From NCBI GenBank assembly GCA_004022145.1, contig RCNU01000006.1: DNA of 64,000 nucleotides; one strand, written 5' to 3'. Below the pieces are notes generated by a model. That model was not told the DNA's origin. It saw only the letters and a list, made by a program, of their open reading frames with translations, and did no database searches. Position numbers and translations under genes: made by a program. Shown piece by piece: positions 27,092-38,744 of this stretch. Position 1 is the first letter of the stretch. The number at the start of each line of letters is the position of its first letter. The stretch comes from Paecilomyces variotii. Its lineage: Eukaryota.

Positions 27092-27258
27092 CAGATTTCG
27101 ATACCGTGCAATGTTCATTATATATAGTATGTAACTGATAGTTTCTTCCGCAAAGTCTGTAATCTAATTGAGTCTCTTTTTGTTTAACATCTCACGGATT
27201 TTCATACCAATTTCGCATTTGGTCTACGTGCTTGCTGAGAAAGAAAATATTCGAATAA

Positions 27259-28201
27259 ATGGCACCTCCTACATATGAAACCCAAAAGGCCTGGAAGGAT
27301 ATCCAGAAATTCCTTCCACAGCGTCTAGCTTTCACGGACGACCACTCTCCCGTCGAGGAATTTTGGGAAAATCGAGGACATACGATTCATTTAGACCGTT
27401 GGAGGAATCCTACAGCTAAAGTGCGCGTAATTCTCCACCATGGAGTTGGGACCAATGGACGCCAAATGTCAATGATCCTGGGAGCGCCTTTGCATACTGC
27501 AGGCTTCGAGGTTGTGGCCGTCGATATGCCAGGGTATGGATGCACCAAGACAGCTTGTCATACTACCGTTTCCTACGACGATTGGGTCAATATCGCGAAC
27601 GACTTCATCAATTTTGAGCTGGAGAAAGATGATCGACCCATTGTGCTCTATGGACTTAGCGCCGGCGGTATGCTGACCTACCATGTGGCTGCGCTGAATA
27701 AGAAAGTCAAAGGCATCGTGGGCATGACGTTCCTGGATCAACGTATCCAAGCAGTTCGTGACGAGACGGCTAGGGACCTCTTCATGAGTAGAGTGGGAAT
27801 ACCTCTCGCACGACAGCGACCTGCCGCTCGTCAGATCGCTATGACTGCCCATGGCGAGCAAAATGTCCGCCTTGGCCAACAATCCTGATGCCCTGAAAGT
27901 TTTCCTTGCTGATCGATCCTCGGCGGGCTCCTGGGCTTCAATGCATTTCTTATCGACATATGCGTTTTATAAGCTTGCCCTGGAGCCTGAGGAATTTGAT
28001 GTCTGTCCGATCCTTCTGACGCAGCCGGCCAAGGATAAATGGACGCCGCTGCATCTAAGCGAACTGGTCTTGCGGCGTGTGAAAAAGGTCCCGGTGAAAA
28101 TCGTCGAACTTGAAAACGCTGGCCATTATCCCCTCGAGGACCCGGGACTTCAACAGATGGCCGATGCGATCATCGAGTTCCTTCGAGAACTGGTGCCGTG
28201 A
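27259..28201 (+). pseudogene. Intronless alpha/beta hydrolase (lysophospholipase-like), frameshifted
   Basis: HHGVGTNG, DMPGYG, nucleophile elbow YGLSAGG and catalytic AGHYPLE are split over two frames. There is a +1 shift near 27810-27850 and a TGA at 27842 in the downstream frame; no usable intron found. Confidence 0.75.
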
Positions 28202-30188
28202 TGTTCCTGCTGTTCAATCAGCCGTCCAATATTTGGAGTCGAAATCTCCAAACCAGGCTCCACAAAGGGCTAGGTGATCTAAGTATACGCCACGGTGGAG
28301 TCTAAAAGAGCTGGAAATTGCGGGGTATTATTGTCTGATATGAAATGTCGAAACGAAGTCGGTAGAAACCCAGCTAATTACGTTTTGGTTTTCTTTTGCT
28401 ATTCGGAAATGAACACAATAATCATGGCGGTGAGGGGCGCTGAAGCGATTTTTTCCTCCTTAGAGCATTGTCCTCATTGCCCTTCTTTCTTTCCTGCATT
28501 ATTCCTCTCTTCAAATCCTTGATGATTATAGTGCTTCTTAGGACTGTTCAGCGAGTCCTCTGTACTTTTGAATAATGAACTAAATGCTAAATGCAATGAA
28601 TACTTGAATTATTCGAGTTTGCTGAAGTCTTCAGAATGTGCTCAGTAACCGACTTGATCTCCGGTCAGGTGAACGTACGTTTGCAGGAGTTGCATAGGAC
28701 AGAAGGAACGAGCTCGTTGCCCATATTTGCTTCTAGAGCAAGCTTCTATTACTTGCAGTAGCGCACACACGAGCTCAGTGCGTCGCTGTCATTGGCATTC
28801 CGGAAGTCAAGTGATAGGCAGGTCGAATCCGCTCCTACTGTACTATTCGTACTAAGGTTGCTAACCAGAGTCCGAGCTGTTTCAACTCGACCCTACACTC
28901 CACTATACAACGCCAGTTGTCTATGATATGTGCTTTCCGTCATTCTTTTCATTTCACAAGAAAAGCGGTCACGTCTGGAGCTGAGCTTCCATTCCGGCAG
29001 TGAGACAGTAGAAGAATGGAATGATCGAAGTCGTATTACCGACTCTTCCGCACCGTTATGTCTTTTATGGATCTATGTGCACAGAGTAACGACATTTTAC
29101 CCGCCGAGAATTCGCAATTGTTTCTATTCATGGATCTAAGTTCATAGGTCAGTATTATTCACGCAGTGGGCGTCCACAACAGTCTGGACACAAGGTCTTC
29201 TTGCGGCGCGCAAGTCTCTTTCGGTCAGCTGGCAAATGCGGAGTTTGAACTTCCTGATAGAGAATTGAGCAAGATACTAACGATGTGAGACAATGTTCCT
29301 ATTACCCCATAGTAACGCGGCCTGACGACATCTATTCTTCCAGCCTTCTTGGCGGTGGAATCCATGACTAAACGCATAGAGCTTTCCGGGCCGCCTCCGC
29401 ATCGGGAGAAGAAGAAAAGTCTAGACAATATGAGGTACCAAAACAAAAGAACGGGGATGAAGACAATGCCACTGTTTGCGCAATGTGGTAGACAGAGCAT
29501 CTTGAGGAGTTGTTGAGAGCTAAGTAAGTAGGCTGTCTGGCTGCTCTCCGGCGAAGATCCATCCGGAGCAGCAAGGGACGGCGTCGTTGAACCAGGGGTC
29601 GCACGGAGACTGATCGGGTCAAGGCGTCACGAATTGCGGAGGGCGATCCGGTCACGTTGGCGCTGTCGATCCCCAGAAGTTGCGGCTTTTCCGCCGTCAA
29701 GGTGGATAGTCTATGGCTGATGTGATGCTGCAACGCTCGTCGAAATCGCTCGAAAGAGGCGGTTCCCCTGATTTGGTACAGGACAAATGACAAATGACTC
29801 GGCGGTCTGCGCCAATATTTGCGTTGGTTCATCCATCGGCCAAGCCTCGGGATGAGCCACTCTCGACAGCACGATGTGATGCAATATTCGCCGGACAAAG
29901 TTTTTGCGTGGATAGTTCCATACCGGTACTTCTCTGTCCAGTCATATTAGGTGCTGTTTGGTAATCCTTTCTCAATTACCATCTTGCTAAAATCTAACCT
30001 GGTTCCTGGGTGTCCTTATGTGTCACCGGTTCCAATGTCCCGAGGGGGTGGAACTATAAAAGTCGACTATCATGCCACGATACAGACATGCGAACATGAC
30101 TTGAAGTAGACATGGCAATCTCGTCCCAGCATTGATTATTTCACAGTACCGTCGTTCTTCTGATGTTTTCCTGCTTATCACCGCCATC

Positions 30189-31852
30189 ATGACCTTGGCT
30201 TTTGACAAGCTTCCATATGAGATTGTTGACTTGATCCTCTCATATGCGGTCGAACTAAATCGACGCGATGCTGTGACATACTCGTATGGTCTTACTGAAG
30301 CGCCGCAGCCGCTCCAGCATGTCAAGCTCGATATCTATGTCAGCGGACGACGGCCGGAAGACTCCGTCAGATGGCATGCTGCTAGCTCTATTCGTCAAGT
30401 AAATTCTGTATTCAGGAAATGGGCCTTGAAATATGCAGCGGATTCACTCTACATACGCGCCTGGAGAGGAAGTGAAAGGTATATATAATCTTTGATAAAA
30501 CTTGAGTCTCTTACGTCTACTCGAGCAAAGTATGTTAACTTATGAGACAGATGGATCGAATCCGACAGGCTGGAAACCCTCCGGAAGGATGCATCAGGCC
30601 AAGTCGTCTATCGACATCCGTACAACGATGTTCGGGAAACAGCACGTTGCTTTGCAAAATGTCCAGATCTAGCGCAGAGTGCTCGCCGTCTGTGGTTCGA
30701 TGGTCTCTACACATTTGAGGCGAACACTGAGATCTTCAAGATCCTGTCTTATTGCGCCAACCTACGTTCTCTCTCGCTGCCGTGGATATCCGTTAGATAC
30801 GGCACGGTGGAGCTGTGGCAGAAGCTACTCGGAGGTGGCCTGGAGTCCCTAGAACTGAGGGCTACCAACCTTACCAAATCGCAGCTGAAGGCACCCGCAC
30901 GTCCGATCGACAATCAGGCACTTGCAGATCCCCGTGTCAGTTTCAAGAATCTGAAAAGGCTCAAGGTCATGGGAGATACGAGCTTCAAGCCCATCACGGA
31001 TGCAGACTTGCAAGTCATCGCGCGGACGGCTACTGGCCTGGATGCTCTACATATTACTAGGATATCAAGTGTCTCCATAGCTGGTGAGTCTTGTGCAAGC
31101 ACTTGTATCATGTCGGCCTGATCTGACTGATTACAACAGGGGTCATGTCACTTGTCAAGGCATCTAGCTCCACGCTGCGAGTCCTCGAATACTCTCCCCT
31201 GCTGGCAGAGGACAGCAATCAACAGGACCGAAAATCAGACTCCCGTTCCACACAGCGTCTTTTACTGTCTAACCACGAGACCCAATCTCACTACTGCACC
31301 ACCCTGCTGAGTTGTCCTCGTCTAACCGACCTCTGCATATCTATCCCATCAATCTGTCCCTCCCTTTTCAACTCCCCCGATACCGTGCATTGGACGGGCG
31401 ACGTACAAGTCCGCGCTGCTAGACTTTGCGGCTACGAGCACTCTGCGCTCCATTCGTCTGAAGGCGTTACAAAGATGAAAGATATCCTCCAAAATGCTCG
31501 AGACCTCATCGAGTTCCGCACCTCATACTTCGTCACGCCTTCACACCCAGGAAGCGACCGCTGTCTCGACATTGAGCTTTTTGTCGGTCCTTATATATTC
31601 ACTCCTGTGAACCGTCTTGTACACGGCAACTTTGATCTCGCTCGCGTGTCTTCAGATTTTACGTGGCCCGAACCGGAACCTTCAGGATCAAATTCACGCC
31701 TCATGCCAACCTCGAAGGGGCCCTACGGCTACACAGGTCCACATGGAAAGGGCATCGAGCACGACCTTGAAGGTGAACTCGGACACGCTTGGAACTGCGT
31801 CGACGAAGATGTATTCTTTGAAGGGGTGAAGAAAGGATGGATAAAATTCTGA
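30189..31852 (+). CDS. F-box-like/LRR-like hypothetical protein
   Basis: N-terminal MTLAFDKLPYEIVDLILSYA (F-box-like); LRR-like segments NLRSLSLP, NLKRLKV, TLRVLEYS, PRLTDLCIS; introns at about 30479-30550 and 31084-31139. Confidence 0.75.
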
Positions 31853-32804
31853 GATCTCCTCTTCTCACCAAAAGGCATACAATTATGCCCAGACGGACGG
31901 CACGATGCATTGAACAATAATAGCAACTTCTTAATACGCCATCTTGTCAGGTTCTGATCGCGGAAACTGAACTCCCAAACAGAAAATGGCTACAACATGT
32001 TCTTCACGAGAGTACGATGTTATGACAAAAATGGGTCTAAGTGCTAGATCCATAAAAAGTTCTTTGTTTGGATCCTTTTGTTTTTGCTCATCTGGCTATT
32101 ATCCAGTACTCATTCTGCGTCTGGCGAAGATATGCTATAATTGCGAAAAGAGGCAGAAAGTCTATACTACTCCCTCTCTGGAAGTTACATATTGCCATTA
32201 AGTTGATGTATTTTTGTCGCTATCTCCTGATGATAGCCTCACAGTTGTCTATTACCATATTCCCCTATGCTGTGGTTTTCCTACTGAATAATCACATATC
32301 GATCAAATATTTCTATCACTATTGTTCCTATCAGGACACATTTTCCATGGATCCAAAACCCTCATGGTGTACAAATGGTCAATATTATTGTAACTCACGT
32401 TCCTTTTTATCTGTGACTTGGATGAATATATCGAATAACATATTGTACATTGTCTATTAGGATTAATTTCTCATAAACCCAGCGGGGAACGAGTCACCCA
32501 CCCCTCAAACTCGCCGCCATTGGGCGGATTGAAAGTAAAGTGACCTAATATAAATAAGCACAAGAAGAAATGCGAGATCTCATTTGCTATTGTTATTGTG
32601 AAAACACTCCCTAGCTGAGCAGCAATGAATCGAGATTATAAATTTCTAAATTCATATCGTTAAGTCATGCTCTATACAAACTATGGCAATGCATAGCTAG
32701 GACATAGCATATACCCCCCTCTTCCAACCGCTTCGTTTCACTCATATTATATATAGCGCGTCAAATACTATATCGGGCGCCCCACGGAGAAATTCCGTCT
32801 CGCA

Positions 32805-33373
32805 TTAAGAAATCGACTTAATCGCCTCCTCCAACTCCTTCACGTTCCCGCCAACAACGCGTTTCTCCAACTCCTTTCCATCCTTGAACAACACGAACGT
32901 CGGCATAGCGCGCACACCCAATTGCTGCGCAATTGAACCGGCCTTGTCGACATCAACCTGGAGGAAGCGCACGTTGCTGTAGGTTTCACTGAGCTTGCCC
33001 ACGGTGGGGGCGACGGCCTTGCAGGGACCGCACCAAGTGGCGAAGAAGTCAACGACGACGGGGCCTGAGGAGGTCAAGGCCTTGAAGATGACAGGACTAT
33101 TATATACGTAGAGATGTTAGTGGATAGTACTGGTGGTTTGATTCGGGGGAGAGATAAAACGCACTTGTCCACCTCGATGACTTTCCCGTGAGCCATGGTG
33201 GTTTTGTCGGAGGTGTTTCTGGAGCGGGTTTTTAAGTAGTAGCGGATTGCTAGGTGGGATAGCTAGATGTTAGTAATTATTATAATGATAGATATTGTTC
33301 TGATTTGAGGGAAAAGGGGGAGAATTATACCGAGCCAGATGGCGAGAATGACGATGAGGCGGGAGAGCTCCAT
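32805..33373 (-). CDS. Thioredoxin with N-terminal hydrophobic extension
   Basis: VVVDFFATWCGPCK active site and VRAMPTF. Spliced N-terminus MELSRLIVILAIWL|AIRYYLKTRSRNTSDKTTMAHGKVIEVDN; second in-frame ATG at 33196. Confidence 0.93.
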
Positions 33374-34017
33374 GATTCCTAGTTCCTTTTTTTTGGTTAA
33401 CCCTTTCGGATGGAATGGAACGCGGAGAAAGCTCGAAAAAGTGCTGCGATTATGTAAGTATAATCAACCATAACTAACTAGAACGGAACAATCCAGAATG
33501 TCATTATTCAAGTATCGCCACATGAAGAATTGAATATCTGGGCCGCCAATATCTGAAAGAGGATTAGTAGGATCTTATCTCAGATGGAGATTGGAGAGTG
33601 TACTTACTTACTAAGTACAGCGGATGTTGATCTCAACATAGGCATTCTCCAGAGCTCTCTATCTCCGCTAATTCTTTACCTCTTTTCCACTGACGTCCTG
33701 TAGCGGCGATTAGAGAATCATGTTGTTTAAATAACTAAGAAAAAGAAAGAGATGAGGCTAAGGTTAATATTTTCGACTAGTAGACTAAGTAGGTATTGAA
33801 TGTGATAAGCTTAGCTAGTCTATGCCTTCTTAGTACTTGGTTCTTCTGCTACTCAAAGTATCGCTTTTGATAGTGAAGTGATAGGACATAATTTAGTAGT
33901 GGTCTCCTTTTTATTTTATTTTCATGTATCACGTTTACATCTATCTACACCTGTATTCATACTCCCCATGCACAATGTACCCTTCTCTAAAGATCTTGAC
34001 GTCCTGGCCCATGTCCC

Positions 34018-35921
34018 TCAGTTCCATGCTGCCGCAAATATATTCTTCATAATACTATACTCCACATAGGTAGTACGGTGGGATAATCTTTTCCACCATG
34101 CGATCCCAAATCGGCCGCCAAGGAGGATTAAACATAGCGCGATAGAATTCCCAGTACTCGGGCCAGAACCCAGCCAACCCCCAATCCAGGATTACCGGCG
34201 TGCCATCAGGCCGAACGTGAATATTGCTAGTGTGCAGACCGCCGTGTGTAAATACTATTTCATGGCCTCTGAGCCCTCTTACCGTCTGATACAATATATA
34301 TTCGCTGGTAAAAAAGATTGAGTCCTCGTCATCCTCACGTGCAAGAACTTCAGGACGTATTCGGTCTCGCAAGGCTTGGACTATACCCTCGTTGAAGTCT
34401 TCTTCTGATTGATACGGGCCATAGCTGTATTTTTGGAAGTCGCCGTAGCCTGCCTCGAAAATTCCATCTCGGCAAGGGGACCGGTCAAGCCCGCCGATAA
34501 AATCGCCTTTGATTTCACGCATCTGCCGTACATAGTCATGTAGGCATCTTAGTATGCGGTCTTGTTCTGTTTTCGAAACCCGGTCCCAGTAATTCTCTAG
34601 AGATTCGCCTTCTTCGTACGACATGATAATATATCCTGTCCCATCAAGGATATACGCGCTCAGTAGTCTTGGAACAGGTATTGTTGTCCGCGTAGATGCT
34701 AAATGTAGAGCTTCGGCTTCAGCTAACCCGACGCCATGACCGAATTTAGTCACCATGTCTGAATCAGCAAAGACCACGCGAGCACCCATCTTTTCTGGGA
34801 AGAGATCTTCGGCCGTCTTCAGATCTTCTGGATCTAAAATGATAGTTGGAAATCCAATATTTTCTGAATATATGAGTCGTGGTTCAGTCTCCATCGGTTC
34901 TGGCTGAGGTTGTGTGCTGGACTTTTGATCTGAACCAGAAGGAGACTCCTCTTCGTTCTCGGTCACATAGTCTTTCGTCGCGGTTTCTGTCTTCCCCACC
35001 GACTGAAGCACGTCCTTTCCTATGGATTCAAGCTCTAAAGAATCGCCACTTGCTGGTAGTTCTCGAGCAGCACCGTTTTCCGGTGGCGCTTCCACTCCAA
35101 GGTGAAGCTTTAGATCGTCTCGGTTATGTAGAATTATCGTCTTCGTTAACAAGCATTCGGGAATTTCAAGGCGCGTAAGATATTCCTCGCACGGGCGTAT
35201 GATGTATATCTTCTCAAAGAGCAGCGGATAGTGTGAATGGATTAGCGGCACTAATCCCTCCAGGGCCTGATGCACCACAGAACGAAATGACCGATTATCT
35301 CTACGACCTCCGTAGGTATCACGGATATTGAATTCAACGACACAGGAGGCCGAATGATTAGAGTCACTGTCGTTTCCGGAAATATCCGCTAGAAGGGAGC
35401 TAGCAACAAGCTCTATTGCTCCAAGGCCCAACTTCATGATCCCCTGAGATGTGCTGAGGCTTTCATGGACCAATGAAGAACGTTTCATGACTTCTTCATC
35501 TATCTTAGTCCACATCACAAGTTTTCCCTGTTGAAAAGTCGCCTGGAAAAGACCCAATTGTGGCAGTATGGACTTTGCTTCCTCAAGAAGGGCTTGTGGG
35601 GAAGACAAGCGCCGCCATCGCAACGTCTTTTGCAAAGCGTAACTTGCTCTTTGAACCTGAAGCGGAGGTATCAGAGAATTATGTTCGAGGAACTATTCAC
35701 TTTCAGTATTGGTATCGACTGTATATTGTTTCATCTTTTACCTTTCGGACAATAGCTTCTACTATTCTTGGGTTACCTTCCTTCAAGTCAAACCCACATA
35801 TCTCTCTATGAAGTGCCTCGCGAATTATTGAATCAAGGTTTTTCAGGACATTATTCACTGCTCTAGACTCCGATAGTCTCGATAGATCAGACATAGCCCG
35901 CTGCAGATCTCGCGATGACAT
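34018..35921 (-). pseudogene. Sfh5-like CRAL-TRIO domain fused to an APH/choline-kinase-like phosphotransferase, probably disabled
   Basis: N-part HREICGFDL..IVRK|FLEHN..LQKTLRWR..HYPLLFEKIYII (intron 35693-35741). C-part EAEAL..TTIPVPRL..VFTHGGLHTSNI..ILDWGLAGFWPEYWE. Catalytic Asp replaced by Gly; 4-bp frameshift near the C-terminus. Start codon uncertain. Confidence 0.7.
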
Positions 35922-36372
35922 CAAGAAACGTATTCACTCTGTCGTAGACACGTAGTGATTATTACGAGATAGAAGTGATCTCAATGTCGTAAAGCAACGC
36001 GTAATACAATCGACATGGCTGCCAACACAAAGTATGGACAAGGCTGAGATCTCGCGACTCGAATTGGAGGTTGTCTGAGATTCCGTGATGGCTGACGCTT
36101 CTCCAGCGATATACCTCACCCAGGCTAAATATGGAAGATGTTTTATGTGATATGGTTGATATAACCTCTTTTCGCGGGGATGTCTTGTTTCAATTCAGTT
36201 TTCAGTCTATTCTTATTTTCGAATAGTCGTCAGTTAACTCGCATATCCAGCCCCGCTATCAAGTACCTACCTATTAGCATCATGTGATGTCGCGATCAAT
36301 CGGCACAACAGGCAACACCGTAACATATACCTACATCCTCCTCATTGTGTACTGATTATTACACTTCTTCTC

Positions 36373-37089
36373 ATGGACTCAAAAGCTACACATCCGCCAA
36401 CTTACGGCCTAGCCATAAACGTCTACGGACGCGGTGACGCTACCCTTGGAGATGGCCCCTCCCACGTTGGAATAGTCATCTACGAAATATCCTCTTCCAC
36501 ATGCGAAATTTACCACATTCGCAATCCAACAGATGACGGTTTCATCTATGATCCTCGGATCCAGCCACTTGAAGACCCAGTACTAAGAGGCCGCTGCGAG
36601 CTTGGTTTATTATCGCAAGAACAAAAGGAACGAACAACCCAGTTACTCTCCGCGTTCGGGAAAGATGAATCGAATATTCCCGAATGGGGAGTGGGAAACT
36701 GTCAGGATTGGGTTGCTGGTGCTGTGGCGATGTTGGATAGAGAGGGTCTGGTGAATCGAGGGGAGGGCGAGTTTTGGAGGAGTATGATCAATCGAAGCGC
36801 TGATGAGATGAAAGAGTCTTGTCTTCGTACGGGTAGGAAGTGGATAGTAGGATCGGAGGCTACATTTGAGGGAGTCCCTGATGCCAGATTCTCGGATAAG
36901 GAAGATCCTACCAAGTCTGTTGGGAAGTTGATGCATAACTCGGCATTTCAGGATCGCATACGATCACTCTTGGGCAATGCAAAGGATACCGGAGCTTCGA
37001 CTGCTGAAGACACTCCCCAGGAGCGGCCCTTCTACGTTTCAAGTCCGTTCTTTAGCTTTACTTCTGAAAGTAATGGCAAAGCGTCGTGA
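36373..37089 (+). CDS. Hypothetical protein (238 aa) with His...NCQDW motifs
   Basis: Intronless ORF; PSHVGIVI, YHIRN, GNCQDWVAGAVAML. Confidence 0.75.
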   Translation: MDSKATHPPTYGLAINVYGRGDATLGDGPSHVGIVIYEISSSTCEIYHIRNPTDDGFIYDPRIQPLEDPVLRGRCELGLLSQEQKERTTQLLSAFGKDESNIPEWGVGNCQDWVAGAVAMLDREGLVNRGEGEFWRSMINRSADEMKESCLRTGRKWIVGSEATFEGVPDARFSDKEDPTKSVGKLMHNSAFQDRIRSLLGNAKDTGASTAEDTPQERPFYVSSPFFSFTSESNGKAS

Positions 37090-37495
37090 CTACGTGATGG
37101 CAAACATTGCGGCTGAGTTGTGCCGAATCCCGTTTCAGAGAGATGTAGTTTGTATCGGGAGTTAGGTGCTCAATAGATAGCTCAAGAACGCTATAAATTG
37201 TGGCCGAATAGCACATAATTGAAATAATGCATGTTCATTGACGTTTCCCATATGTCCATTTTATCCCTGGGCACATCACTGTATCACTCGCATTGTATGA
37301 GATAGCCAATTAGCGGTAATAATGGAAGCAGAAATAGTAAGTGCAGGAAGTGTTGTCAATTAAAAGAAGAAAATGGGTGCAACAACACATTAACCCAAGA
37401 TGGGACTTCTCGCCGTATCAACCAAACTTTGCCAGGTTTCGGTTATAAGACGGCCTCTTTTACCCAACTGGAAAGGTATAGAAGCAATGACATGG

Positions 37496-38744
37496 CTACA
37501 GCCCACCAGAAAGTCCAATCTCAGCGAGTGCCGCGCCGGCATTCACATTGACGTGAATAGTATTCGCCGCGAGCGCCTCAGAGAAATAAGTCAGGTTTTT
37601 GCCATTGACGGCGCTCTCACTGCCGACAATATCAAGGGGTAGGATGCCATCCTTGTACTTCTCAGTTAGCATGGAAATGAGGACGGTTTCGTTGACTTTT
37701 GATGTCATGGGTGTGATGTTGTTTCCAGGACGGAGGGTGAAGTTGTAGATGAAAGATTGGCCGATGGGTGTGCCATCCACGGAGAGATCCATCGTTAGGT
37801 TGCCCTGGAGTGGAGGGTAATTGGTTAGTCAGACTGTTTATAATGAGGAGGGGGGCTGAATAAATTGTAGACGGACCATTTCGAGTGTCAACACGCTAGG
37901 GTTCGGGATGAGGACAGTCCCATTCATGTTCGTCCCGTCGGGGTTGTTCTTGGTCAGGACGTGCAGTTCAGTGATGTTGAATCCCTTGAGTTTGTTGAGG
38001 GCTAGAATGGGAGATATCAGGGTTAGTATCTATCGGGAACAATGGAGATTTAGAGAGAGTCGACATCAGTTTACCTTTCATAGTCACGGTCTTGTTATAT
38101 GTAACCTTCGTCTTGGGCAAACCACCCTCCTTCAGTTCCGGTTTTCCATAGACATTCAAGCTAACTTCTTCATTCAACATCGTCGCCTTGCAGAAGTCGC
38201 TAAACGCAGATATGTTGGCCAGCTGCACCCTGTCATCAATGACAATTTCAGCTCCATTCTTCGACTTGACTTTCGGGACCGGTATGAAGGCGAAAGGAGC
38301 GGATGCTCCAGCCAGAGAGACCGTCGAGTTGAACGAGTAGATCCAAGGATGATAGCTGCTGTTTGTTCCGAGAGTTTGGGTCTGGTGCAGGTCAAATGAA
38401 TCCGGAGTGGGATTCGAGATCATCAACTGCGTGATATTCAAGGTCGAATCGCTGATATCGTGTTGAGCGATATGAGGGTATCCGACGTAGACTCTGTTTG
38501 CGTGTTAGTTGTCTGTGATCATGCCTGCCGCTTTAGAGGAGAAAAGGCCAGATGCATACACTGGAAGGGTGACCACCAAGACGACAATTATCAATATGAT
38601 AACATGCACCCACCACCATCTCTTGTAGTGAGCCTTGAGGCGCTGGCCAATGGTCGGTTTGGCGGGTGCAACGCCAGCGGTACCATTGAAGCCGTTGCCC
38701 TCCGCATCATTATACTGCTCGATTTGGGACTTGTCCTCCGCCAT
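37496..38744 (-). CDS. DUF3712-like type II membrane protein
   Basis: KAHYKRWWWVHVIILIIVVLVVTLPV TM followed by a beta-rich ectodomain (ISNPTPDSFDL, YNKTVTMKG, NGTVLIPNPSVLTLEMGNLTMDL, NFTLRPGNN); three introns. Confidence 0.8.

Noticed and set aside
27788-27834. Possible intron that would repair the hydrolase frameshift
   Set aside because: Candidate donors are non-consensus, there is no branch point, and their removal does not reach the downstream frame.
28800-28850. GGTCGAATCC T-loop-like string
   Set aside because: It deviates from GTTCGA and I could not build a tRNA cloverleaf or A box around it.
29200-29950. GC-rich stretch and 176-aa minus-strand ORF upstream of the F-box-like gene
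   Set aside because: The translation is not protein-like; it is more simply explained as promoter or 5' leader of the gene at 30189.
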